Source: an uncultured Ruficoccus sp. (GTDB lineage Bacteria > Verrucomicrobiota > Verrucomicrobiia > Opitutales > Cerasicoccaceae). From it: a stretch of 64,000 bases of DNA. Position 1 is the first letter of the stretch, and each line of letters starts with the position of its first letter. Under the pieces are notes generated by a model that saw nothing but the letters and a program-made list of their open reading frames with translations, was not told the DNA's origin and did not search any database. Below are positions 46,694-55,900 of the stretch, piece by piece. The stretch is taken from NCBI GenBank assembly GCA_965140785.1, contig OZ223475.1, forward strand, positions 96,001 to 160,000, in the 5' to 3' direction. Position numbers and translations under genes: made by a program.

Positions 46694-49600
46694 CTAGTTG
46701 TGTTCGCGTGTTTGGACAGATTCGTCCCAAAAATAAAACCGTTTTGAGGCTTTGATGTTCAAGGGAACCTCAATGGGCTCATCGACCTCAGACCACGAAA
46801 TCAAGTCCGTGCTTTTCATTAATTGCAGTTGAATGACCCCTTCCAAACTGCCGTCGTTCATGATCATCGGCTTGCCCTGTGAAAGCTCCTCCTGGCTGTA
46901 GAGTCCGTACTGCGCGCGCATTTCCGGCCTCTGACGCAGCATGCTAAAGAGTTGTTGCCTGAACTCTGGGTTGGCCTCAGTCGGGCTCCATCCATAGCGA
47001 GCTTCGATGCCATCATCGACCAAATCGCCGTCGGTATCGCGCAGGGTAGGGTTCGTCCCCATACCCGCTTCGGCCATATTATCTGCGCCATCAGCATCAG
47101 GGTCGTCAGTTGCACCATAGATCAGCGAGTTAAAATACTTCATTTCCCAGCCGTCGTTGAGACCGTCCCCATCCTGGTCGCCGTTAAAAGGTGCTACCTG
47201 CACCCCACCGGAATAGAGAATATAGCACCACTGCGAGACGGCCACGACCTGAAACTCATAGGTCTGACCAAAGGGTAAGCTTGGTGTCGTGTACTGCCTG
47301 GCAGAGGCAGGCAAGCTATCATCCAAAACCGTCCACTCGTTTACACCGGCGATCCGATAGCGCACCAGATAGTTGTCAATTACCCCAGTTCCATTGGACC
47401 AAGTCAACTGAACGGTGCCGTTCTCCAGGTCCTCTGCCGAGATGTCTATCCCTTGCATATGCGGGTCTATTGAGTTGTAGTTGGGCTGCATAAGAGCAAA
47501 CGCTTCGGCACGTTCGGTCTCGTTTGTAACTGCTCGCAAGCGCAGATTGTAATAGTTCGCTCCTGCACCGAGGGAAGCGACACGGAAGTAGGCAGCCGGC
47601 TGGCTGAAGCCAGGTTTCTCAAAAGGCTCGTCAAGAACAGGGCTATTCAACTCAAGCGATCCGCTTACGCCATCCCAGGCCCAGGCACGGATGCGTCCGT
47701 CATCATAATCGACCTCTCCGATGATGTGATAAGTGCCGGCCCCCACGTCGAAAGCATTCGGGGCAGGCTTTCGAGCAGTACTGCTGCTTTGACTCTTATG
47801 GTCCAGGTAATCGAATACCGCCAACCCGCTGGAAGCCGTGTTGCGGCCGATATCGACACCTCCATTGCTGGTATCATCATCCGCCGCCGTGCGCAGGCTC
47901 AGCGCAGACCAGCCGGAGTTTGAGGTGCGGCATAGCGTTCCGCTAAACATCAGACTGCCCGAGGTGACTGGGACAAATTCAATGAAATGATCTCCACCGG
48001 AGGTGTCACTCACGATGTCGAGTTGATCTGGTACAACGGGCTCCACAATGTGATTGGGCACGACCAGCAGGTGCGAAGGCACGGATCGCTCACCACCCTC
48101 GCTGGGGCTATTAACCACTCCTTCCCCTTGGATATACATGGTCGTCGAACCCCCGCCATCAAACTTGACGGCGTTTTCACACCCAAGCGCCAGCATGATT
48201 TGAGCAATCTCGTGCGCACCCAAGCCCTGCGAAGAAGACCGTCGCCCGTCGCCCGTTACCAGAAAAACCCGCCCGTCGGCAGTCGTCCCTACGGCAGTAA
48301 AGGGATAGTCGCCAAGCTGCCACCAGAAAGGTATCTCACCGGAATTCCACTGCGCGTAAGAATTACGGTAGTAATAAACTTCCTCACCATCTTGCAGCAG
48401 CAGCGGACCCGAGGCGATGGCGTTATCCCACTCCGTGAATCCAGTCCATCCGTGAACGAATTCGGGCTCCTCCTGATGTGGCCGTGGCCGCTGAATCACG
48501 CTAAACGCGGTCGAGTCATTATTAAAGACAAAGGCACCGTCATCGGCGTAATCAACCGAGACCGTCTCAGCCGTTCCGTAGTACTTATTTGGCATAGCGT
48601 GGTACTCATAGGTTTTTGCCACATCGACACCATTGACCCGGTGGTACACCGCAACGCCGTTCTGTGTTGCCTCGTCACGCGGGGGAGATTTGTCGGAAAT
48701 AATACCGCCCGTATGCCAGTAGCTTCCGTTCACTGCCGCGACCGCGCTATTTGCTTGCGCAACCGAGCTGGTGCGCTGGTAGGACGCTCCATCTGGCAGG
48801 GCGGAAATCTCAAAGTGGACGTCGGCCACGTCCGGGTCTATCTCAAGAACGCTGAGGTTCTGCCTGCGGTAGAAAAGGCTGTCGTAGGTATGAAAACGCC
48901 AGGTGATACCCGGTTGAATTTCCTTTTCGGTATCCCAATCCGTATTCTGGATCATCTGCCTGTGGGCTGTATTCCACTCGGGGATATGCGCCTTAGAGTC
49001 CTTCCAATTGTCGGTCGATGTGCCCACCGCATTTAAATGAATTGCTTGCGTGCCGAGGTCTTCGACCCGGCCATCTGCTTCCCCGTCCAGAGAATACAAC
49101 GCAACGAGCCCCTCTTCCGTGCCGGCACGAAGCTCATTGCGATGCGCATCAAGCTCTTCCTTGCTCAAGGCGCGTCTCCAAATACGTACCTCATCGACCT
49201 GCCCGTTCAAAATGCCACCACCGTCGGCATTGCAGCCGATATATATCTCAGGTGATCCCACGTAACCGATAGTCGTATCAGAAATGATTTTGTCATAGTA
49301 AAGATCACCGTTTCGATAAATACGCAGGCGGTCCTCGCTCGCACTCCAGGTAACAGCAACATGTGTCCAGCGAGAACCGGACAAGCCGTTGGTACGGTTG
49401 GTCTTGCGGACCTCAATATCAGTTTCCTCATTACCGATGATGGCGTACGGCCCAGAGCCACTGTGATTATTCAGGGAGAAACCACCGGTCTCGCCGCTGG
49501 TTCCGACCTGCACAATGGTATAGGACCCGCCATTGGTTGAGACCCAGGCTTCGACCGTCAGCTCATCCGTTGGCAGCTCAACACCGTTCAAGGAAGCCTC

Positions 49601-49807
49601 AAGGTGCTCCGATCCAGAACCATCATTCGCGTAGCAGGCCCCTGCCTGGCTTACCCAGTCAAGCACTTGCCCGTTCGCACTCGTAGCGGGCAAACCGATG
49701 ATACTGACGAACGCCGCAACCGAAGCCAGGGCGTGCTTGGCGTAGCGACACAAAAACCATACTCTCCCTATAGAAGAGTATGAAATAGGACCTGTGCGAT
49801 ATGACAT
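46694..49807 (-). CDS. Secreted LamG + phosphodiester glycosidase (NAGPA/DUF2233-like) + FN3 protein
   Basis: LTVEAWV/WTHVAVTW/G.VDEVRIW LamG; AVNGSYW, SGPLLLQDG, TAVG, DGR, DGGGST; FN3-like LTW...Y.VRY...YEFQVVA; DxDxDG repeats. Confidence 0.82.
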   Translation of the reverse strand: MSYRTGPISYSSIGRVWFLCRYAKHALASVAAFVSIIGLPATSANGQVLDWVSQAGACYANDGSGSEHLEASLNGVELPTDELTVEAWVSTNGGSYTIVQVGTSGETGGFSLNNHSGSGPYAIIGNEETDIEVRKTNRTNGLSGSRWTHVAVTWSASEDRLRIYRNGDLYYDKIISDTTIGYVGSPEIYIGCNADGGGILNGQVDEVRIWRRALSKEELDAHRNELRAGTEEGLVALYSLDGEADGRVEDLGTQAIHLNAVGTSTDNWKDSKAHIPEWNTAHRQMIQNTDWDTEKEIQPGITWRFHTYDSLFYRRQNLSVLEIDPDVADVHFEISALPDGASYQRTSSVAQANSAVAAVNGSYWHTGGIISDKSPPRDEATQNGVAVYHRVNGVDVAKTYEYHAMPNKYYGTAETVSVDYADDGAFVFNNDSTAFSVIQRPRPHQEEPEFVHGWTGFTEWDNAIASGPLLLQDGEEVYYYRNSYAQWNSGEIPFWWQLGDYPFTAVGTTADGRVFLVTGDGRRSSSQGLGAHEIAQIMLALGCENAVKFDGGGSTTMYIQGEGVVNSPSEGGERSVPSHLLVVPNHIVEPVVPDQLDIVSDTSGGDHFIEFVPVTSGSLMFSGTLCRTSNSGWSALSLRTAADDDTSNGGVDIGRNTASSGLAVFDYLDHKSQSSSTARKPAPNAFDVGAGTYHIIGEVDYDDGRIRAWAWDGVSGSLELNSPVLDEPFEKPGFSQPAAYFRVASLGAGANYYNLRLRAVTNETERAEAFALMQPNYNSIDPHMQGIDISAEDLENGTVQLTWSNGTGVIDNYLVRYRIAGVNEWTVLDDSLPASARQYTTPSLPFGQTYEFQVVAVSQWCYILYSGGVQVAPFNGDQDGDGLNDGWEMKYFNSLIYGATDDPDADGADNMAEAGMGTNPTLRDTDGDLVDDGIEARYGWSPTEANPEFRQQLFSMLRQRPEMRAQYGLYSQEELSQGKPMIMNDGSLEGVIQLQLMKSTDLISWSEVDEPIEVPLNIKASKRFYFWDESVQTREHN

Positions 49808-49946
49808 TGAATAGAGATGGATTGAATCAAAAGAGTGAAAAATGGCTAAGTCCGCAACCAACTCCAAATGCAGACAGCCCGTCAATCGTGATCAGGTCTA
49901 TACGCGAACAATTCACATCACTGAAGCCCATTTGTAACACACATAA

Positions 49947-50540
49947 AATCTCGGTTATTCTAAGCTGAGTACTTCGAGCATCGGGGAGGTCTTGCGAAAG
50001 GCTTGTATTCGCCCGTCGCCGGAGCGCAGCAGCCGTTTGGACTGGAAGACGTTTATCCGTGTTCACGCCGATCAGCTTGCCGCAACTGACTTCTTCATGG
50101 TGCCGGTTTGGACCTTGCGCGGCCTGGCTATGTATCGGGTGCATTTCGTGATCGACCTGCTGACACGCAAGGTGGAGATCACGCACATCGGTTGCCAATA
50201 CTCGGGCGAATTGATGCTTCAAATTGCCCGGAACCTGACGGATGCGTTCGAAGGATTCCTGACCGGCAAGAAATACCTGCTGCATGATCGCGATACTCTC
50301 TTTACAAATGCGTTCCGTGAGTTGTTGCGAAGTAGTGGCACTATCCCTTTCTGGCTTCCTGTGTGCATGCCGATGATGAACGGCGGGCGCTACGCCAGCC
50401 CGCCCGGCTACGCCGAGTGCTTCGTCAAATCGATCAAGCGTGTACCGAGCCTGCGAAGCGGCGACAAAGCGAAGCGCCCATGCCTGGACAAGATGATTTT
50501 CTTCAGCGAGGATGCTCTTCTGGCACGCGCATGTGACTGA
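49947..50540 (+). pseudogene. Fragment of rve transposase, truncated at both ends, with two short in-frame insertions
   Basis: Closely matches 35756-36268 (WKTFIRVHADQLAATDFF...CLDKMIFFSEDAL), then jumps directly into the conserved 3' repeat. Confidence 0.88.
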
Positions 50541-50671
50541 GCGATGCGCGTCAATGCGACTGCGTGCAACGCTACTGGTTTAATTACGCCTTAACTCGAA
50601 AATGAATGAAGTTGCTGTATGCTGGTAATCAGTGATTTAGGTGCGGATGTCCGCGTCCCGCCACCTCCACC
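50517..50671 (+). repeat. Conserved ~150 bp non-coding element, copy 2, ending in TCCCGCCACCTCCACC
   Basis: Direct repeat of 36611-36763. Confidence 0.85.
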
Positions 50672-50769
50672 GGTCTGCGTTGTGCGAACATGACAATTTT
50701 AGCAGATTCACCGTCTTGCGGCCTAGGTTCGTTTTTGGGGAAATATCTGCCTCACGAGAAGGGTAGGTT

Positions 50770-51918
50770 TCAATGGCTGCCACTGCCTGCTCCTAGGTAG
50801 TTGCCGTAGCCGACGATCAGGGTGGAGAGTATCAGGGTGGCGATTCCTGCTGCGATTAGGATGTGTGTACGCAGGCTGCTTCCTGCCCATTCTTTGAGTG
50901 CGACACCCCACAGCGTGCTGAAAATGATGATGCTTGCCATATGAAGGGTCCAGGAAGAGAACTGGAAGTCTCCCATCTGTGTCTCCCCCATGGAATAAAA
51001 GAAGAACTGAAGATACCAGGTTGTTCCTGCCAGAGCGCAAAATAAGTAGTTTGACAGTCGGGGAATACGCAGCTCTTTGCCTGAGTGCTCCAGATGATCG
51101 GGGGATGGTTCCTCATTTGGTCCCTGCGTATCGGAGGTCGTGTTTTTCGTAGCGCGATAATAGCGGCTGAAATATTCGTGACCACTCCGGTTCCTGATAT
51201 TTAAGGTCAGGCACCAGATGGCGTTGGAGGTAAACCCTCCCAGCAGGACCACGACCAGTTTGGGGAGCCCTGTCCACAGCACTCTTGTTCCGGCATCGGC
51301 GGAGAGCTTGGCTATGGGCTCGGCTGCGGCCAATCCATAGGCGAACGAAGCGCTCATGATGCCGGAGAAAATGGCGACAAGGATGCCCTTTTTAAAGTTA
51401 AACTCCTTGATTGTCTCTCTTTTCTTCTCAGCCGACATCTCGCGTTCCTTGCTGAGTCCGGCTAGTGCCGCGATCAAGATGCCGACCAGGCACACGAGCA
51501 CTCCCAGCAATGTTAGCTGGCCTCCTCTCGAGGCGGCGATCGCCGTGATCTCACCACTGAAAATAGGCGGGATCAAGGTGCCGAATGCCGCACAAAGTCC
51601 GAGAGCGACGCCCATCCCCAGGGACAGCCCGAGGTAGCGCATCGTGAGCCCGAACGTCAGGCCACCCATGCCCCACATAACTCCGAATATCCAGGCGTAT
51701 GCCAGGCTGGAGGTTGGGGCATGGCCGAGGACTTGGAACAGATCCTCTGTCATCATCAGGGCAAGTGCCCAGGGTACCATGATCCAGCTGAAAACACCGC
51801 CCACCAGCCAGTACGTTTCCCATGACCATTTACGCACCTGACGGTAGGGCACGTAGAAACTGGCGGCCGCGAATCCGCCGATCCAGTGGAAAATAACTCC
51901 GAGAAAAGGTCCTCCCAT
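50770..51918 (-). CDS. rhaT: L-rhamnose/proton symporter
   Basis: GVIFHWIGG.AAASFY.P, WSWETYW, GLTMRYLG.SLG, W.LQFFFY.MG, SW.LHM motifs. Confidence 0.95.
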   Translation of the reverse strand: MGGPFLGVIFHWIGGFAAASFYVPYRQVRKWSWETYWLVGGVFSWIMVPWALALMMTEDLFQVLGHAPTSSLAYAWIFGVMWGMGGLTFGLTMRYLGLSLGMGVALGLCAAFGTLIPPIFSGEITAIAASRGGQLTLLGVLVCLVGILIAALAGLSKEREMSAEKKRETIKEFNFKKGILVAIFSGIMSASFAYGLAAAEPIAKLSADAGTRVLWTGLPKLVVVLLGGFTSNAIWCLTLNIRNRSGHEYFSRYYRATKNTTSDTQGPNEEPSPDHLEHSGKELRIPRLSNYLFCALAGTTWYLQFFFYSMGETQMGDFQFSSWTLHMASIIIFSTLWGVALKEWAGSSLRTHILIAAGIATLILSTLIVGYGNYLGAGSGSH

Positions 51919-52091
51919 GATCGTTATGTTTGGATTTTGTAGTTTAATTTACTATAAAATATTAGTTTGCTGTCTGCGGTGCTATTCGCCAGCCGACGCG
52001 ACATGGCATGTTTAGTGCATGCCTCGGTGAGCTTTCCTGCCAGAGTGTTGAGGCGATGATAGCCCAAATCTGGCCATGACCTTTGAAGAGC

Positions 52092-52808
52092 CTAGTTTCG
52101 ATCTACGGTCAGCAGCGTTTGGCGGTTATCCTTGAATTCCTCGATAGAATAGGAGGCCGCGTGCCCGTCGGCGTGAACGGTCAGATATTGCCCCGTCCCC
52201 CAGTCGCAGGGGTTGGGACCTGTTTGATTGTCCGGGTTGTTGATATAAGCCTGAGTTCCGATGAACCAGGCCCCCATGCCGCTGCTTACACTATGTGCGG
52301 TTACATACATGACGGTGTCGGCGGGTTTATTAAGCTCGCATTGATGAACGCGGTCATAGGCTGGCGCCTGAAACAAGAGCGTGTTGCAGCCGTAGTCCGA
52401 GACGGTGCCATGGTGTTCCTCTGCTTGTGGATCAAAGAGGACGGACAATTCCTTGGTGGCGGAGGAGTCATCGGGGACGTACGCTGAAAGGCAGGCTTCC
52501 TGGAGGGGGTTGATCCAGCTCCCAGTTTCGCTGATCTCTCGGGAGTGCGGGAAGCATCCTTGGTTGTCGTTGACGTAGAGTAGGGTGGCTGTGCCCAGTT
52601 GGCGAAGATTGCTCAGGCTCCGGATTGCGTTGGATTGTTCCCTGGACTTACTTACCGCCGCGATGATTATCGCGCCCAGGATGGAGATCACAGCAATCAC
52701 ACAGAGTAGCTCAATGAGAGAAAAGCCGTTTATACGATGACGGTAGCGCCTGCCTCTGTAGCCCTTACGGAAAAGAGCAGACATGGCTTTGGTCTTTGTG
52801 GGGGGCAT
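52092..52808 (-). CDS. Prepilin-type N-terminal cleavage/methylation protein with H-X9-DG-like C-terminus
   Basis: G|FSLIELLCVIAVISILGAII..AVSK.RE......SLSNLRQLG; C-terminal YLTVHADGHA. Confidence 0.9.
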   Translation of the reverse strand: MPPTKTKAMSALFRKGYRGRRYRHRINGFSLIELLCVIAVISILGAIIIAAVSKSREQSNAIRSLSNLRQLGTATLLYVNDNQGCFPHSREISETGSWINPLQEACLSAYVPDDSSATKELSVLFDPQAEEHHGTVSDYGCNTLLFQAPAYDRVHQCELNKPADTVMYVTAHSVSSGMGAWFIGTQAYINNPDNQTGPNPCDWGTGQYLTVHADGHAASYSIEEFKDNRQTLLTVDRN

Positions 52809-52896
52809 CGGGGTGGAGATTGTGTTTTTATTCTATGGCAAGGAAAGTTGCCGACAAGCTCGTGGGCTTATTTTTTTCTTGTAGAGATTGATGGTT

Positions 52897-52914
52897 TATT
52901 TAATCGTGTCAATA
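52897..52914. promoter_or_regulatory. LacI-type operator in the divergent pilin/GH106 promoter
   Basis: TATTTAATCGTGTCAATA, exact reverse complement of 56902-56919; quasi-palindrome with central CG. Confidence 0.75.
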
Positions 52915-52995
52915 GAAATACATGGCTTAGTGCGGAAGTCAGCGCCTGTGGCGTCGGAGTCGCATGGTCGTGCAGCCCTTAACTCGTTAATTTAC

Positions 52996-55900
52996 ATGGC
53001 TATTTATCGTCTCAGGAACACTTCCATTTTCTTTTCGGTCGGTCGAATGCTTGCTGGCATGGGATGTCGCCGGGCTCTGCATGCTAAGAAAATGACGCAC
53101 CTATTTCTTCTGCAGGCCTGCTTGTCTTTCGTGGCGTCATGCGCGGTGGCCTCCACGGAGGGTTTGGAGTCTGGATTCGAATCTCCCCCTGATGCGGCCA
53201 AGGTTTACACCTGGTGGCATTGGATGAACGGCAACGTCACCCGGGAGGGAATCCGGGCTGACCTCGAGGCGATGAAGGATGTTGGGTTGGGCGGTTTTCA
53301 GCTGTTCGATGTCCTCGGTGCTCCAGAAGGGGCGGTCAAATACGGTAGCCGCGAGTGGCGGGATATGGTGCTGTATGCGCTAGAGGTGGCAGATGAACTT
53401 GGCCTGGACGCCGGGATGCATAATTGCGCGGGATGGTCGAGCAGCGGGGGGCCGTGGGTTTCGATTGAGCAGTCTATGCAGGAGCTGGTTTTCAGCGAAA
53501 TCACTATTCAGGGGGCGGGCGAGGTTGACGTGTTGCTGCCGGTGCCCTTGACGCGCCTGGGGTATTATCGCGATGTCGCTGTATTGGCTTTCCCCTCCGT
53601 GGCCAGTGGCGATGGCACTGCCCAGGAGACTCCGTTCCTGAGCAGCAATATTGAGGGCTTTGAGGTGGCAGCCCTTACGGATGCCCTGGATGATACGGTA
53701 GTGGAGATGCTACCTCCTGCCGAGGGCAACCCGCATTATATTCAGTACGAATACGCACGGCCCTATCGGGCATGCCGGCTTTATATCGATCCAGATCCGG
53801 CCCGGCTGGGTTTCTCGGGATACCTTTCTGCCTCTGACGATGGTATTCATTTTGAGAAGATAACAGAGTTTTCATTCGACTATGGCTCACACGCAAAAAC
53901 CTTCAGTTTTCCCGAAGTTTCAGCCCGCTTTTATCGGCTGGTTGTCACGCAGGCGGCAGGTTCGCTTTCATCCTCGCGCTCGACCATGACCATCAAGGCC
54001 ATGGTGCTCGATGATGATTTCCGGCTGATGAACTACGAGCAAAAGGCTGGGTTTCAGCGGGCAGCGTATCCAGGAATTGATACACAGGCGGATCGCGTTC
54101 CCGGGAGGTTCTCGATCCCGCTGGAGTCTGTCGTTGACTTGACCGACCGTGTGGATACGGACGGGTGCTTGAGCTGGGATGCACCTCCGGGGGAGTGGAC
54201 GATCCTGCGGGTCGGGCATACTGCCATGGGTGAGGTGAACATGCCCGCCAGTGTAGGGGGACGGGGATTGGAGTGCGACAAGCTAAGCAGAGCGGCGGTG
54301 GTGGCATTCTGGGATGGCATGATGGCCAAGGTGGTAGCTGACGCAGGGCCGCTGGCAGGGACGACACTGACAAATATCCTCGTCGACAGCTACGAAAAGC
54401 GCTCCACTAATTGGACCGTCGAGTTGCCGGAAGAGTTTCGTGCAAGGTGCGGATACTCCCTGCGTAAATTTCTTCCGGCTATGACGGGGAGGATTGTTGA
54501 AGATGGGATTCTTACTGAGCGTTTCCTATGGGATTTCCGGCGTGTACTGGCAGACATGTTTGAAGAGAACTATTCGACTGTGCTGGCTGAGTTGGCAGCC
54601 GCGCACGGCATCGAGCTGGCCTTGGAGCCCGGTGGAAGCTCCCCGGCCGACGATTTGCTTTACAGCCGCCCGGCAGCGATCCCAATGATGGAGTTCTGGG
54701 TCGGTGGTGATCCTTTGTGGCGTACGCGCACGACTCCGCTGGCCGCTTCTGCCGCTCACATCTATGATAAAACCTATGTCGGTGGAGAAGCGTTTACGGG
54801 GCGTCCTTCGGTCGAGCGATGGACAAACGATCCGCATTCACTGAAAGCACTCGGTGATGCCGTCTATTGTAGCGGCGTTAATCGCTTCTACATGCACACC
54901 TTTGCTCATCAGCCCTGGCTGGATCGTGCTCCGGGCATGACAATGGGGCGCTGGGGGACGCACTTTGACCGGATGAATACCTGGTGGAGCCAGGCTTCTG
55001 ATTGGGTTGAATACATGGGCCGGGCCCAGTATCTTTTACAGTCCGGTAAGTTTGTTGCCGATGTGTTGTATTTTTACGGTGAAGGGGCACCGGTTGGTGA
55101 CCGCGCGCTCGTCCCTCCCGTTCCAGCAGGGTACCGCTATGACCGCTGTAATGCGGATGTGATTCTAAACCGTATGCAGGTTCGGGACGGTCGATTAGTC
55201 CTGGATGGAGGGCAGAGCTACCGGCTCCTCGTACTGCCGCCTGAGCGGCAGATGACCCCGGAAATGCTGCGAAAGATTCGTGAGCTGGTCATGGCTGGGG
55301 CGACGGTCATGGGACCGCGTCCGGAGATATCTCCGAGTCTGAAAGATTATCCGGAATGCGATCGTGAGGTGGCTGTTTTGGCCGGGGAGATTTGGGGGAA
55401 CTGTGACGGGCAGGTGGTAAAGGAGCACACGCTCGGCCGTGGGCGTGTGCTCTGGGGAAATAGTGTGAGTGATGTGCTTGTGGAGATGGGGGTTGAGCCT
55501 GATTTCATGATGACGCCTGAGCCGGCACCGGTTGGCTTTATTCATCGCAAGACGGATCAGGCGGATATCTATTTTGTGGCGAACGTCATGGATAGCCCAC
55601 AGCGGGTGGAATGCTCTTTTCGTGTTCATGGTAAGGTGCCGGAGCTTTGGCAGCCTGATACGGGTGGGCGGAGGCCGGCTGCCGTTTACCGCGATGAAGG
55701 TAGCCGGACCGTTGTGCCGTTGGAGCTTGGGCCTTCCGAGTCATTGTTTGTGATCTTTCGAAGGGATCAAGTTGGGGGAAATCATTTGGTGCGTGCGTAC
55801 GCTTCAGCGCCAGAGGTTGAAGGGGTGGGAATCGTCAATGCCGTGTACGAGGGAATCCAGGACCCCTCAAGGTGTGTCGTGGTGACTGCCCGGGTGGATC

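Noticed and set aside
47987..49036. 349-aa + strand ORF
   Set aside because: Antisense shadow of the phosphodiester glycosidase gene.
6715..50752. 13-bp direct repeat GAAATATCTGCCT at 6715-6727 and 50740-50752 as possible island att sites
   Set aside because: Tens of 13-mer matches are expected by chance in 64 kb; no integrase or further flanking similarity supports it.
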